Virus record (IMG/VR): IMGVR_UViG_3300027820_000029 | Span: 14,039-78,038 of that record | DNA from: a virus | Lineage: Duplodnaviria > Caudoviricetes | Direction: 5' to 3' (one strand) | Length of the DNA: 64,000 nt | Shown: in pieces, positions 55,417 to 64,000 of the stretch | Layout: every line of letters starts with the position of its first letter | Numbering within the stretch: position 1 is the first letter of the stretch | Made by a program: the position numbers and the translations under genes | The notes under the pieces: generated by a model | The model's input: only the letters and a program-made list of their open reading frames with translations | The model's database searches: none | Told to the model about the DNA's origin: nothing

Positions 55417-56127
55417 ATGGCAGCATATACACAATGGATACCCTCAACAGGAGAATTAGGATATCCTGCACTAATTAGTGCATTTATGGTTCAACTTGAA
55501 GAAGATGTTACAAATTTACAGACTGTACAACTACAGAAAATGCCTAAATTATCATCAGGTACTGCAGGTGATCTAGTAAAAATAAATAGTGTATTAGGAG
55601 TTGAAACAGCAAATATAGTTGCACATGATGTAGTAACTAAAGATGCTTCTTTTTTAATAACTGATTATATACCTAAAATTTCAGGAGCATCAAGTATAAA
55701 CTCTTCTCTTATAAATGTAAATGATGTTGTTGAAAAATCAGGTAGTTTAGTAGAAGGAAATTCAGTTGAAGTAAATGGTAGTGGTCAAGTAATTAATAGT
55801 AGTATTCCTGCAAGTGCTTCTATAATTGAAGATACTCATGTATCTATAGCAGGTCAATGGGGGTCGGATTTTGATACTGGTATTGGAACAAATTGGTTTG
55901 CTTGGGGAATATTAGGAATTAAAAAAAGTGATGAAACTGCCCCTTCTCTTATAGAAGCAAGAGCTGTAGATTCTTCAGGGTATATACAAATATTACTTGG
56001 TAACTATACAATTACTACTAAACCTTCGATAGGTAAGATAAGAGTTAATTTGGTACATTCGGATGGAAATGATTCATACTCTGTAAGATTATGGTATCAA
56101 AAAATTACTGATCTTACTACAATATAA
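55417..56127 (+). CDS. Putative tail fibre / tip protein
   Basis: Last tail-module gene; short internal repeats (IPKISG, VVxK). Confidence 0.6.
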   Translation: MAAYTQWIPSTGELGYPALISAFMVQLEEDVTNLQTVQLQKMPKLSSGTAGDLVKINSVLGVETANIVAHDVVTKDASFLITDYIPKISGASSINSSLINVNDVVEKSGSLVEGNSVEVNGSGQVINSSIPASASIIEDTHVSIAGQWGSDFDTGIGTNWFAWGILGIKKSDETAPSLIEARAVDSSGYIQILLGNYTITTKPSIGKIRVNLVHSDGNDSYSVRLWYQKITDLTTI

Positions 56128-56540
56128 TGCCTACTTTTAGTAATACTTCGACCAAAAGATTATCTCAATGTGATGAGAGATTACAGTTATTATTATATGA
56201 AGTAATAAAGTATTATGATTGTAAAATAATAACAGGTCATAGAACAGAAGAAGTACAAAATGAAAAGTTTGAATTAGGACAATCTAAAGTTAAATGGCCT
56301 AATAGTAAACATAATTCACTACCTTCTAAAGCTGTAGATGTAGCTCCTTATCCTATACCTAAAGATTGGGGAAAGGAATGGAAAGATAGAGTTAAGTTTT
56401 ATGAGTTAAAAGCTATTCTCTTTTATGAAGCTGCTAGAGCAAATATTAAGCTGCGCTTCGGCGGTGATTGGGATATGGATACTGATTATCATGACAACAT
56501 ATTTGAGGATCTTGTGCATTTTGAAATAGTAGAGGAATGA
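56127..56540 (+). CDS. Endolysin, L-Ala-D-Glu peptidase (M15 family, T5-like)
   Basis: GHRT..Q...SKH...AVD...RFGGDW...DLVHFE zinc motifs. Confidence 0.92.
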   Translation: MPTFSNTSTKRLSQCDERLQLLLYEVIKYYDCKIITGHRTEEVQNEKFELGQSKVKWPNSKHNSLPSKAVDVAPYPIPKDWGKEWKDRVKFYELKAILFYEAARANIKLRFGGDWDMDTDYHDNIFEDLVHFEIVEE

Positions 56541-56550
56541 AGGATTAAAT

Positions 56551-56814
56551 ATGAAACCCTGGGATGAAATAGAAGACGATATTAAAGCTCATAATACTGA
56601 GCATTGGGATAGGTTTAAATTTACTGCTGCCCAGCTAGGACATGCATGGGAAAATTTGTTCGTGGAGAAATGGCGAAGTAAGGCTTGGCCAGATCCACAA
56701 CGCTGGGGCGAATTAATTATGATTTTAGTTACTTTAATACTAGCCTTAGCAATGCCGATACTAGGACCGATAGCGTTATTTATTGGTTTTGCTATTGGAG
56801 GATTTAATGAGTAA
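56551..56814 (+). CDS. Small membrane protein in the lysis cassette
   Basis: C-terminal hydrophobic helices; lies between endolysin and holin. Confidence 0.65.
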   Translation: MKPWDEIEDDIKAHNTEHWDRFKFTAAQLGHAWENLFVEKWRSKAWPDPQRWGELIMILVTLILALAMPILGPIALFIGFAIGGFNE

Positions 56815-57385
56815 ACTCAAAGATTTAGCTAAAACCGTTGCTAAGTATGCGCCTCTGCTGGGAAGCCTTCTTCCTGTCCCTGGTGGAGCAGCGATCGGTG
56901 CTGTAGTTGCTTCTGCGTTTAATGGGGATGCGGATAAACCTGATGAATTAATAAATTTAGTTAATGCTGACCCGAACGCCGCGATTAAGCTAAGAGAAAT
57001 AGAGTCTAATAATAAGGTAGCCCTGGAAGCTCTAGCTGTAAAGCAGGCTGAGAATGCGCTTGTAGCAGATACTGCTAGGATCGAGTCTGTGAATCTTACT
57101 ATGCGTGCGGAAACTACCGCCGGTGATTTATGGACTCGTAGGTGGAGACCAGCGTGGGGGTTCACAGCTGCAGCAGTTTTTGCTTTACAAATGGTAGTTA
57201 TATTTTATGCCGTAGTCTTTAAGACTTCTCAGGCTTCAGCTATAATATTAGCAATCGCTGGTCTTGATATATTTTGGTCTGTTCCCTTGGCGATCTTAGG
57301 AATCAGTGCTTTTCATCGTGGTAAACTAAAAAGAACACTCGCTGGAGAAAAAATACAACCTCTTATAAACTTAGCTAAGAAATAA
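56807..57385 (+). CDS. Holin-like protein (3TM / GTA-holin type)
   Basis: APLLGSLLPVPGGAAIG...WTRRWRPAWG...PLAILGISA; start moved to MSKLKD. Confidence 0.75.
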   Translation: MSKLKDLAKTVAKYAPLLGSLLPVPGGAAIGAVVASAFNGDADKPDELINLVNADPNAAIKLREIESNNKVALEALAVKQAENALVADTARIESVNLTMRAETTAGDLWTRRWRPAWGFTAAAVFALQMVVIFYAVVFKTSQASAIILAIAGLDIFWSVPLAILGISAFHRGKLKRTLAGEKIQPLINLAKK

Positions 57386-57408
57386 AAAAGGGCCGCGAGG
57401 CCCTTTTT
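57385..57408. terminator. Bidirectional terminator between late and replication arms
   Basis: AAAAAGGGCC-GCGA-GGCCCTTTTT. Confidence 0.9.
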
Positions 57409-57410
57409 AT

Positions 57411-57635
57411 TTAATCGCTAGTAGTACTAGCTGTATATTTGTATATATCTGCAGTATTTGCAGTAGACTCTACACTATGTTTTAGTAATTCTTCACTCCA
57501 CCAGTCATTCCCAGCTTGATGTCTTGTATAATATGTGGTACCGCCGCTATCATATCCAAGCATAGTTATTATACAGTTAGTATAAAGTGGTGTATCTACT
57601 CGATCGTAGAGCTTATATCTATAGGTTATATTCAT
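57411..57635 (-). CDS. Hypothetical protein
   Basis: ORF with an upstream AAGG RBS. Confidence 0.6.
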   Translation of the reverse strand: MNITYRYKLYDRVDTPLYTNCIITMLGYDSGGTTYYTRHQAGNDWWSEELLKHSVESTANTADIYKYTASTTSD

Positions 57636-57668
57636 TCAATTTTTCCTTTATTAAAATAATATTTCTCC

Positions 57669-60600
57669 TTATCTAATTGGACAAGTTCCCGAAGAACATT
57701 CCATACTTTCTAGCTCCTCAAGAGATTCAGTCCCATCAAAGTTAATTTCTATTATTTCATTAATATACGTTTCATACTTTTCTTTGGTTACAACTTCCTG
57801 AGGCAAATAATTGAATCCCAGGTCTTGGGCTGACATAGTAGGGTCTGTTCTAAAAAGGAAAGATACTCCTATATAGTCATTCCAATTGGTTAACAACCAT
57901 TCTATTATTAAATCCTTTTCTTCAATATCATAACTAATAGTATTAGAAACATTTTGATCACACCAGTTCCGCATGTAAAATTTATAGCGTTCTAATTGTT
58001 CAATAGCAGATTCTTTATTTACTTCTAATATTTCTTTAATACCATTATTTCTTTCTACAGTTACTTTAGTAAATTCTATATTATCCCATTTTATAGGAAA
58101 GCATATTAATTTACTAGTAGTATCATTTGGATTATCTAATGTTCTATAATTTGCTTGCTTTAATTTACTAACTAAAGGATCATGCTTTGAGAAATTGATC
58201 CAGTTAAAAATATATTTTCCAAGTGGAACATGTATTCCTTCAGTTGTAGACATTAGTTTTGATACTGTATTATGAGATTTAATAGCTCCAGCATAGTACC
58301 ACGGCTCATTTTCTACTTCTATATCATAAGTTTCTACTTTATTTTCTATGTAATCTAAGGAAATTACTTTACCCTTATGTTTAGTAATAGATTTATAATT
58401 TTCAAAATGCCAATCATTTTTACATTTTAATATTTTATTACTATTTTCTTGTAATATATTAAAAGAATCTTTATTTATATTTATATTAGAAGTTAACAAC
58501 CACATATGTTTTTTATATTGAAAACTATTACCTTTTGTATTTAACGATCTTCCTATGCCTAATCCAACTGCCCAGCATACTTCTTGAATATGTTTAGCAA
58601 ATCTATCTTGTGATGTTGATATCATAAATCTAGCTAAATTATTTTGTATACTTATACATCCATCACTATCTATTAATCCGGCCAGAAAAGAAATAATTAA
58701 TTCACTAGACTGCCTGACTTTTTTTGGTATATAATTTAAATCATTATTAATATCATATTTATAAAAATTATTTTCTATAATCCAATTATATAAATTTTTA
58801 CATCCTATTTCTAATACACTAGCATTTCTATCTCCTGAGGCTTTATGTATTTTTGATATTATATTAAATTCTGCATATAATATTTTTTTAACTTTTTCTA
58901 AATTATATATATGTTCATCTATAAATCTTATTTTGTATTTTTCTGGAGATAAAGAGCCGTCCCCCCATAGGTAACCTAGTAGCCAAGATATATTTTTGTT
59001 AAGAAATTTTGGTTGTTTTATTTGTGTTTGACTATTATTAATATTGGTTTGTTGAATTAAATTTAGTTTAACAGGATTTATACTATCAAAAGCTTTATTA
59101 TGTATTTCTATAAAATCCTTACCTATTTGTAAATCTTTAGTTTTTACCCACTGTGGTTTAAATTTTTTAGATGGAAGACTACTTCCTGGTCTATTTCTTC
59201 TATGTATCCACCATTTATGTTCCGGTGTACATTGTATTTCCATTCCTAAGCTTAACTTAATTTTTATAGTATTACTTAATCCATTTTTAAATTTATGTAT
59301 AGTTTTATTTGTTTTATTATTTTGTGGTATAGTTAAACATAATGGTTCCCATGTTTTATCATTTTCATTAAATAATTCATCTAAAATAAATAGACCCTCT
59401 TTAGTAGTTAATAATTCTGAACCAATTCTACAGCCACTAGGTTTAAGTGTAGTAACATTTTTAGGAAAAGGTGTATCTAATTCCTTAGCCATACTTCTTG
59501 CAGCAGCTACTGCACAATAGCGCATATTCTTTAAATCATACTCATTTAAATCACTTCTTTCAGCAATGCCTGTTAAAGATACTCCACATAATCTAGTAAA
59601 AGATTGATTTAAGTTCCAAGTTTCCTGTAGGATTCCATCTTTTAAATCTACACATGTTTGTCTGTAATTCGATCTTGATAATAATTCAATAGTTTTATAT
59701 AACCCTGGCATATCATTTTTATATTTTGAAACAGGAATTTCAACCAAATTGCAAAAAGAGTGGGATGAAAGTAGAATTTCCATACAGGGATTTCCTCCAC
59801 TAGCAAAAGGAGCCCTTCTCTTCATATTCTCTGCATTAAGAAATCCCGGTTCACTACCTCCAGATTCTATCATTATGTCAAATATATCTGATAATTCTTC
59901 TTTAGTAGGTTTATTCCAAAACATTAATGAATTATTAGACTGTTGCCTATGTAAATATTCTTTTTCGAAGCATTTTTCTTTAAATTTAGAAAACTCTCTC
60001 CATTGACTACTTCCATAATCTACAAATGTTATTATAGCAGATCTTCTAGAACTTAATACACTACCCAGTAAATCAATTATATCAATAATATCTAATTTTG
60101 TTAATATACTTCCAGCCCTGTTATTTAATATATTAAATATTTTAGGGAATGCTATAGCTAATTGAGCATCCCCACTAGAAATCCAACCATATCCTTTTAA
60201 TCTATACCCAGCTCCTCGTATTTCACTAAGATCAATAACTAGTTTATTTACTTTATATTTTCCAGCTAATAACTTACCTATAGATTTAGACCAGCTTTGT
60301 GCGGAATCGCCAATACGTATAACCCAAGTGCCCTCACTAACATATTCTTCATTAATTTCAATACCTTTATCATCTGGTGCTCTAGTTGAACGAATAATTT
60401 CTAATTCTTTTATAGTAGTTCTAAACCCTGTTAGAGTACCTTCAATTGGTTTTATTCCTACGCCACAACCATTTAATAATAACCAAAATAAATCAACTAT
60501 ATCATATATCGTTCTAGCTTCTGCAAAACTACAATTAAATAAACTAGATTCATGTTTCTTTCCAACATCTGTTCCTCCCAGCCATAACTGCCTCCCCGAA

Positions 60601-60881
60601 ACTATTCCACGTCTTTCTAATATAATATTTCTTAATTCTTCTAATTCTAATTCTTGTTCTTCATTAAGTTGAATCCATTCTAGCATATCTTCAGTTATAT
60701 CACCTAGAGGCATTCCTCGAAGTATTTTATGGGTTAGTGCTCTTTCCCATAACCATTTTTGATGTTGTATAACTCTATCTATAGTTTCTTCCCAAGTTTC
60801 AAAAACTGTATCATCTTCAATTAATGGCCTACTATAGGTTCTTCTATATACTATTTCACCTCTAGCTTCATTTGGATTCAT
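57669..60881 (-). CDS. nrdJ: Class II (B12-dependent, monomeric RTPR-type) ribonucleotide reductase with intein
   Basis: VYRRTYSRP, LFNCSF, GNPCMEI, TTLKPSG|TVSKL, C-terminal CSSGTCPIR. Confidence 0.9.
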   Translation of the reverse strand: MNPNEARGEIVYRRTYSRPLIEDDTVFETWEETIDRVIQHQKWLWERALTHKILRGMPLGDITEDMLEWIQLNEEQELELEELRNIILERRGIVSGRQLWLGGTDVGKKHESSLFNCSFAEARTIYDIVDLFWLLLNGCGVGIKPIEGTLTGFRTTIKELEIIRSTRAPDDKGIEINEEYVSEGTWVIRIGDSAQSWSKSIGKLLAGKYKVNKLVIDLSEIRGAGYRLKGYGWISSGDAQLAIAFPKIFNILNNRAGSILTKLDIIDIIDLLGSVLSSRRSAIITFVDYGSSQWREFSKFKEKCFEKEYLHRQQSNNSLMFWNKPTKEELSDIFDIMIESGGSEPGFLNAENMKRRAPFASGGNPCMEILLSSHSFCNLVEIPVSKYKNDMPGLYKTIELLSRSNYRQTCVDLKDGILQETWNLNQSFTRLCGVSLTGIAERSDLNEYDLKNMRYCAVAAARSMAKELDTPFPKNVTTLKPSGCRIGSELLTTKEGLFILDELFNENDKTWEPLCLTIPQNNKTNKTIHKFKNGLSNTIKIKLSLGMEIQCTPEHKWWIHRRNRPGSSLPSKKFKPQWVKTKDLQIGKDFIEIHNKAFDSINPVKLNLIQQTNINNSQTQIKQPKFLNKNISWLLGYLWGDGSLSPEKYKIRFIDEHIYNLEKVKKILYAEFNIISKIHKASGDRNASVLEIGCKNLYNWIIENNFYKYDINNDLNYIPKKVRQSSELIISFLAGLIDSDGCISIQNNLARFMISTSQDRFAKHIQEVCWAVGLGIGRSLNTKGNSFQYKKHMWLLTSNININKDSFNILQENSNKILKCKNDWHFENYKSITKHKGKVISLDYIENKVETYDIEVENEPWYYAGAIKSHNTVSKLMSTTEGIHVPLGKYIFNWINFSKHDPLVSKLKQANYRTLDNPNDTTSKLICFPIKWDNIEFTKVTVERNNGIKEILEVNKESAIEQLERYKFYMRNWCDQNVSNTISYDIEEKDLIIEWLLTNWNDYIGVSFLFRTDPTMSAQDLGFNYLPQEVVTKEKYETYINEIIEINFDGTESLEELESMECSSGTCPIR
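58269..59432 (-). mobile_element. 388-aa intein with LAGLIDADG homing endonuclease
   Basis: Starts Cys, ends His-Asn, followed by Thr in KPSG/T; LLGYLWGDG and FLAGLIDSDG motifs. Confidence 0.92.
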
Positions 60882-61014
60882 TTTTATCCTTGGATTTTTT
60901 ATCTTCTTGTATGTGTATAGCAGCTGCTGCTTTTTTGCATGCTGCTAATGTTTTATAAATACACTTCCCCTTTTCTCCATATTTCCATTTATTACCACAT
61001 TTAATACACGGCAT
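60868..61014 (-). CDS. 48-aa Cys-containing basic protein (MPCIKCGNKWKYGEKGKCIY...)
   Basis: Read by hand; fills the gap and overlaps the nrdJ start. Confidence 0.6.
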   Translation of the reverse strand: MPCIKCGNKWKYGEKGKCIYKTLAACKKAAAAIHIQEDKKSKDKNESK

Positions 61015-61016
61015 CT

Positions 61017-61214
61017 TTATTCTCCATATATAACAAGTCTTGCTCGTTCTTTTAGTAAGTGATTAAGTTTTTCAACTTCTTTTTTAAGAGTTTCTATCTG
61101 CTTTTCAAGTAACGCTATCTTTCGCCCTTTCTCATCGTTCATGTGTTGCAGAACTCGATTCTGTTCCATTACACCATGGACATAGATATCATTGGTTGTT
61201 AATGGGATAGTCAT
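61017..61214 (-). CDS. Small coiled-coil hypothetical protein
   Basis: ATGA overlap with dut. Confidence 0.65.
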   Translation of the reverse strand: MTIPLTTNDIYVHGVMEQNRVLQHMNDEKGRKIALLEKQIETLKKEVEKLNHLLKERARLVIYGE

Positions 61215-61639
61215 TTGCCTCCAGAACTTCCAAAGCCATCTTCACCTCTACTAGAGTGAGGCAAGGCTTTAACTATTTCAAAAGGAGAAATATTTATTGA
61301 TGCAATAATTAATTGACAAAATCTATCATATTTTTCAATAATTAAATCTTCTATACCATCGTTAACTAACCAAACTATTATTTCGCCTCTATAATCTGCA
61401 TCTATAACGCCGACTACATTAGCTAATCCTACTCTATATTTAGTGCCTAATCCACTTCTTGGAACTATTAAGCCAGCGCACTTAGGTGGTATAGCTATTC
61501 TTACTCCAGTATGCACTTCTTTCTTTTCGCCAGGGACTAATGTAAATGTTTCTTCATTAGCTCGTAGGTCCCAGCCAGCATCAAATCTATGCTCTTTAAA
61601 TGGTTTACATTCTTTATTTTCTAATACTATTCTAGTCAT
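61211..61639 (-). CDS. dut: Trimeric dUTPase
   Basis: DAGWDL, PRSG, GVIDADYRGE, RGEDGFGSSG. Confidence 0.95.
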   Translation of the reverse strand: MTRIVLENKECKPFKEHRFDAGWDLRANEETFTLVPGEKKEVHTGVRIAIPPKCAGLIVPRSGLGTKYRVGLANVVGVIDADYRGEIIVWLVNDGIEDLIIEKYDRFCQLIIASINISPFEIVKALPHSSRGEDGFGSSGGK

Positions 61640-62465
61640 TATTAAAATTTTCCTTTATATTAGTTATATTATCATCGCCTATAGCATCTTCACAGTATGT
61701 TACTAAATCCATTAATTCATAATTTAATAAAATTTTATCATTAAAAGCATTTAGATTTTGTATATGTTTATATTTACTATCTATTGGTAAAGCACTATAA
61801 ATATCATAAGCTGAACCATACATATTTATTAGCCCAAGAGCTCGTTTCGGCCCTATACCTTCTACTCCTGGTATATCATCACCTTTGTCTCCCGTAAGTA
61901 CTTTCATACTTATATGTTCGTCTACTTTATAATCGTAGTGCTCGCTCCAATTTTCTTGTGTAATTTCCTTTCTAGTTACATAAGAAAATCTAGATACATT
62001 TTTATTTACTAGCAGATCCCAATCACGATCTGAACTCACTAGCCATATATGATTATAATCCCTTTTATGCCTATTTACTAAATAAGCAGCTATATCATCA
62101 GCCTCAACTCCTTTATATCTAAAAGTTGCATAACTATCTCCTAATTCTTTAAAAGTATTATTAAATTCTTCTAAAAATTCTTTAAAAGCCGTTTCTTCTT
62201 CTTGAGTTTGTTTTTCTTGTTTTATTTTTCTACTTTCTTTATATTTAGGATATATAGCTTTTCTATAAGAAGACCCACCATCTCCTAATACTATTATATC
62301 TCTAGCTTGATAAGAATTACCTAATGATTGTACTGTATTTATATAGTCTTTTCTATAATTCTTTTTATTAGCCCAAGCAAATCTAAAAGCTAAATTAAGC
62401 CCATCTACAATCATTAGATTATTAAAGCTACTTCTATTATACCCTTTTGCATTTACAAAATCCAT
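61632..62465 (-). CDS. Flap endonuclease / 5'-3' exonuclease, T5 D15-like
   Basis: IVDGLNLAFR, YKESR, GVEADD, SSDRDWD, GDKGDDIPGVEGIGPKRA. Confidence 0.93.
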   Translation of the reverse strand: MDFVNAKGYNRSSFNNLMIVDGLNLAFRFAWANKKNYRKDYINTVQSLGNSYQARDIIVLGDGGSSYRKAIYPKYKESRKIKQEKQTQEEETAFKEFLEEFNNTFKELGDSYATFRYKGVEADDIAAYLVNRHKRDYNHIWLVSSDRDWDLLVNKNVSRFSYVTRKEITQENWSEHYDYKVDEHISMKVLTGDKGDDIPGVEGIGPKRALGLINMYGSAYDIYSALPIDSKYKHIQNLNAFNDKILLNYELMDLVTYCEDAIGDDNITNIKENFNND

Positions 62466-62466
62466 A

Positions 62467-62964
62467 TTATATTATCCATTGTATATCCTCATGTTTTATC
62501 CAATCTTCTAATTTAGCAATAAAAACTGGTTTATTACCCCAAAGTGGATTATAATTTTCTGTAATAAATGAAAATGATACTTGTCTATATTTATTATAAG
62601 ATACAGCTGACCCCAGAGCATCTTGGGTAAAGACTACAAAATATTGTGACCTGTCGAATTTAAATAATAAAAGAGGTAGCCTATCCACCTCTTTAGCTTG
62701 ACGAAGTGTTTGTGCCCACCATTTTAATAACTGCGGCTCCATATCTGTTAGTATCTTAGTATTAAACTGAGATTCTTTATAATGTTTTACTTCTACACAA
62801 AACTTATTTTTACAATCCGGTAAATATAGATCTCCTTTCATTTTGTGTGCTTTATTTAAAGCACCAGAGCTTGGAGTTCTTTGCCAGTCTAGCCCTGTTA
62901 ATTCTATCAGTTGCTTTTTAGCAGCTGCCTCTGCACGATACCCTTTTGCTTTACTATCAATCAT
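62467..62964 (-). CDS. Holliday-junction resolvase-like nuclease, T5 D14-like
   Basis: SKAKG.RAE...RTPSSGA...KGDL...VEVKHYK. Confidence 0.85.
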   Translation of the reverse strand: MIDSKAKGYRAEAAAKKQLIELTGLDWQRTPSSGALNKAHKMKGDLYLPDCKNKFCVEVKHYKESQFNTKILTDMEPQLLKWWAQTLRQAKEVDRLPLLLFKFDRSQYFVVFTQDALGSAVSYNKYRQVSFSFITENYNPLWGNKPVFIAKLEDWIKHEDIQWII

Positions 62965-64000
62965 TTTTCTATCCTTGATATTTTATTTTCTTTTATTACA
63001 TTAATCTTAGGTATTAGAGGATGAGAAAATTCATGCGAAACTAAGAAAGTATTTAAATCTGATTCTTTATTTAATATTTCTATTAATTTATCTTTACCTT
63101 CTTCATCTAAGATTCCCATTATCTCGTCCAGAAAGAGTATATTTAGTTTTGTAGAAGATATAGCAGCCATTAATTTTCTAATAGCTAGTAGTGTACTAGC
63201 ATTTATACGAGCTAATTCTCCAGCAGATAATTCTTCTATTTCTATAGTTATTCCATCGTCTAATATATTTATGTTTAATTTATCTTCTTTTAGTACAAAT
63301 ACTAATTGAAATCTACCATTAGAAAATTCAGTTAAATATATATTTATTTGTTTTTCTAAATCTTTTATTAAATACTCGACTTTATAATTAAGTAGTCCAC
63401 TAGGACTAAAGGCTTTCTTTAAAAGATCGATTCTATTACATAAATCTGTGTATTTAGTTACATTTTTATATAATTCTGTTAGTTGTATATCATAATCAGC
63501 TAATTGTTCTTTTATTACTTTAACTTTTGAGTTATGTGCACTTATTTTGTTATTTTGTTCTGATAATTGTTTAATATTTATTTGTGTAAAATGTACTTCA
63601 TCTTCTAATAATCTAATATCTTCCAATAATTGTTGTTCATCAATTATTTCATTTGGTATATCATCATGAATTAAAATAGATAATTTAGATAATTCATTTG
63701 ATATTTTATTTCTATTATCTACTATTTTCTTAGCTTCTGCAGCATTTTCTATTTGTATTGCTAAAGCGGACATTTCATTATTTAATAGTATTAAATCATC
63801 ATTTATACTATCTATTTCTTTTGTGTATCTTTCTAGAATGTTATTTCTATTATCTTCACTTATTGGTTGAAGACAAGTATGGCATACATCTCCTAAAGAA
63901 CTAATTTTATTCTTATTTGTTTGTATCGCTCTTATTTCAGACTTTTTCTCTATTGTTTCTTTTTGAATCTCTTTACTTCTTGCTAGTTCTTCTGATATAT
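62961..64000 (-). CDS. SbcC/Rad50-like ATPase, T5 D13-like (5' end beyond the window)
   Basis: LSAGE signature, LFLDE, VSH; frame stays open to the edge and includes a CHTC zinc hook. Confidence 0.9.
   Translation of the reverse strand, partial: ISEELARSKEIQKETIEKKSEIRAIQTNKNKISSLGDVCHTCLQPISEDNRNNILERYTKEIDSINDDLILLNNEMSALAIQIENAAEAKKIVDNRNKISNELSKLSILIHDDIPNEIIDEQQLLEDIRLLEDEVHFTQINIKQLSEQNNKISAHNSKVKVIKEQLADYDIQLTELYKNVTKYTDLCNRIDLLKKAFSPSGLLNYKVEYLIKDLEKQINIYLTEFSNGRFQLVFVLKEDKLNINILDDGITIEIEELSAGELARINASTLLAIRKLMAAISSTKLNILFLDEIMGILDEEGKDKLIEILNKESDLNTFLVSHEFSHPLIPKINVIKENKISRIEK

Noticed and set aside
1-64000. tRNA, rRNA, integrase or CRISPR loci
   Set aside because: None recognised by eye; a tRNAscan-SE/ARAGORN run would be needed to exclude tRNAs formally

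Overview
64 kb of a large AT-rich lytic siphophage with T5-like (Demerecviridae-like) core genes, apparently from a circularly permuted assembly. Layout: (i) 1-4.1 kb, early genes on the minus strand. (ii) About 4.2-12.1 kb, a visibly more GC-rich, motif-dense segment with T5 pre-early homologues (Dmp-like HAD nucleotidase, A2-like protein), inferred to be the terminal-repeat / first-step-transfer DNA. (iii) 12.2-57.4 kb, plus-strand late operon: terS, terL, nickase, portal, protease-capsid fusion, tail tube, frameshifted chaperone, 2427-aa tape measure, tail tip, endolysin, holin. About 19 kb of accessory beta-helix and repeat-protein genes are interleaved with the packaging genes. (iv) 57.4-64 kb, minus-strand replication genes: intein-containing class II RNR, dUTPase, flap endonuclease, resolvase, SbcC-like ATPase. 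The most striking unexplained signal is in segment (ii): 13 exact GTCAA-N4-TTGAC palindromes (matching the FleQ/FlrA enhancer consensus as I recall it) interspersed with 10 canonical sigma54 -24/-12 sites, one IHF consensus and several ORF-less sigma70 promoters. I found neither the palindrome nor the sigma54 motif elsewhere in the window on a by-eye scan. This suggests a phage platform that uses or sequesters the host flagellar regulator and sigma54-RNAP. A second candidate system is a conserved, covarying ~50-nt structured element in front of two HNH genes and one internally deleted HNH remnant. All family assignments come from motif recognition and memory, not database searches.
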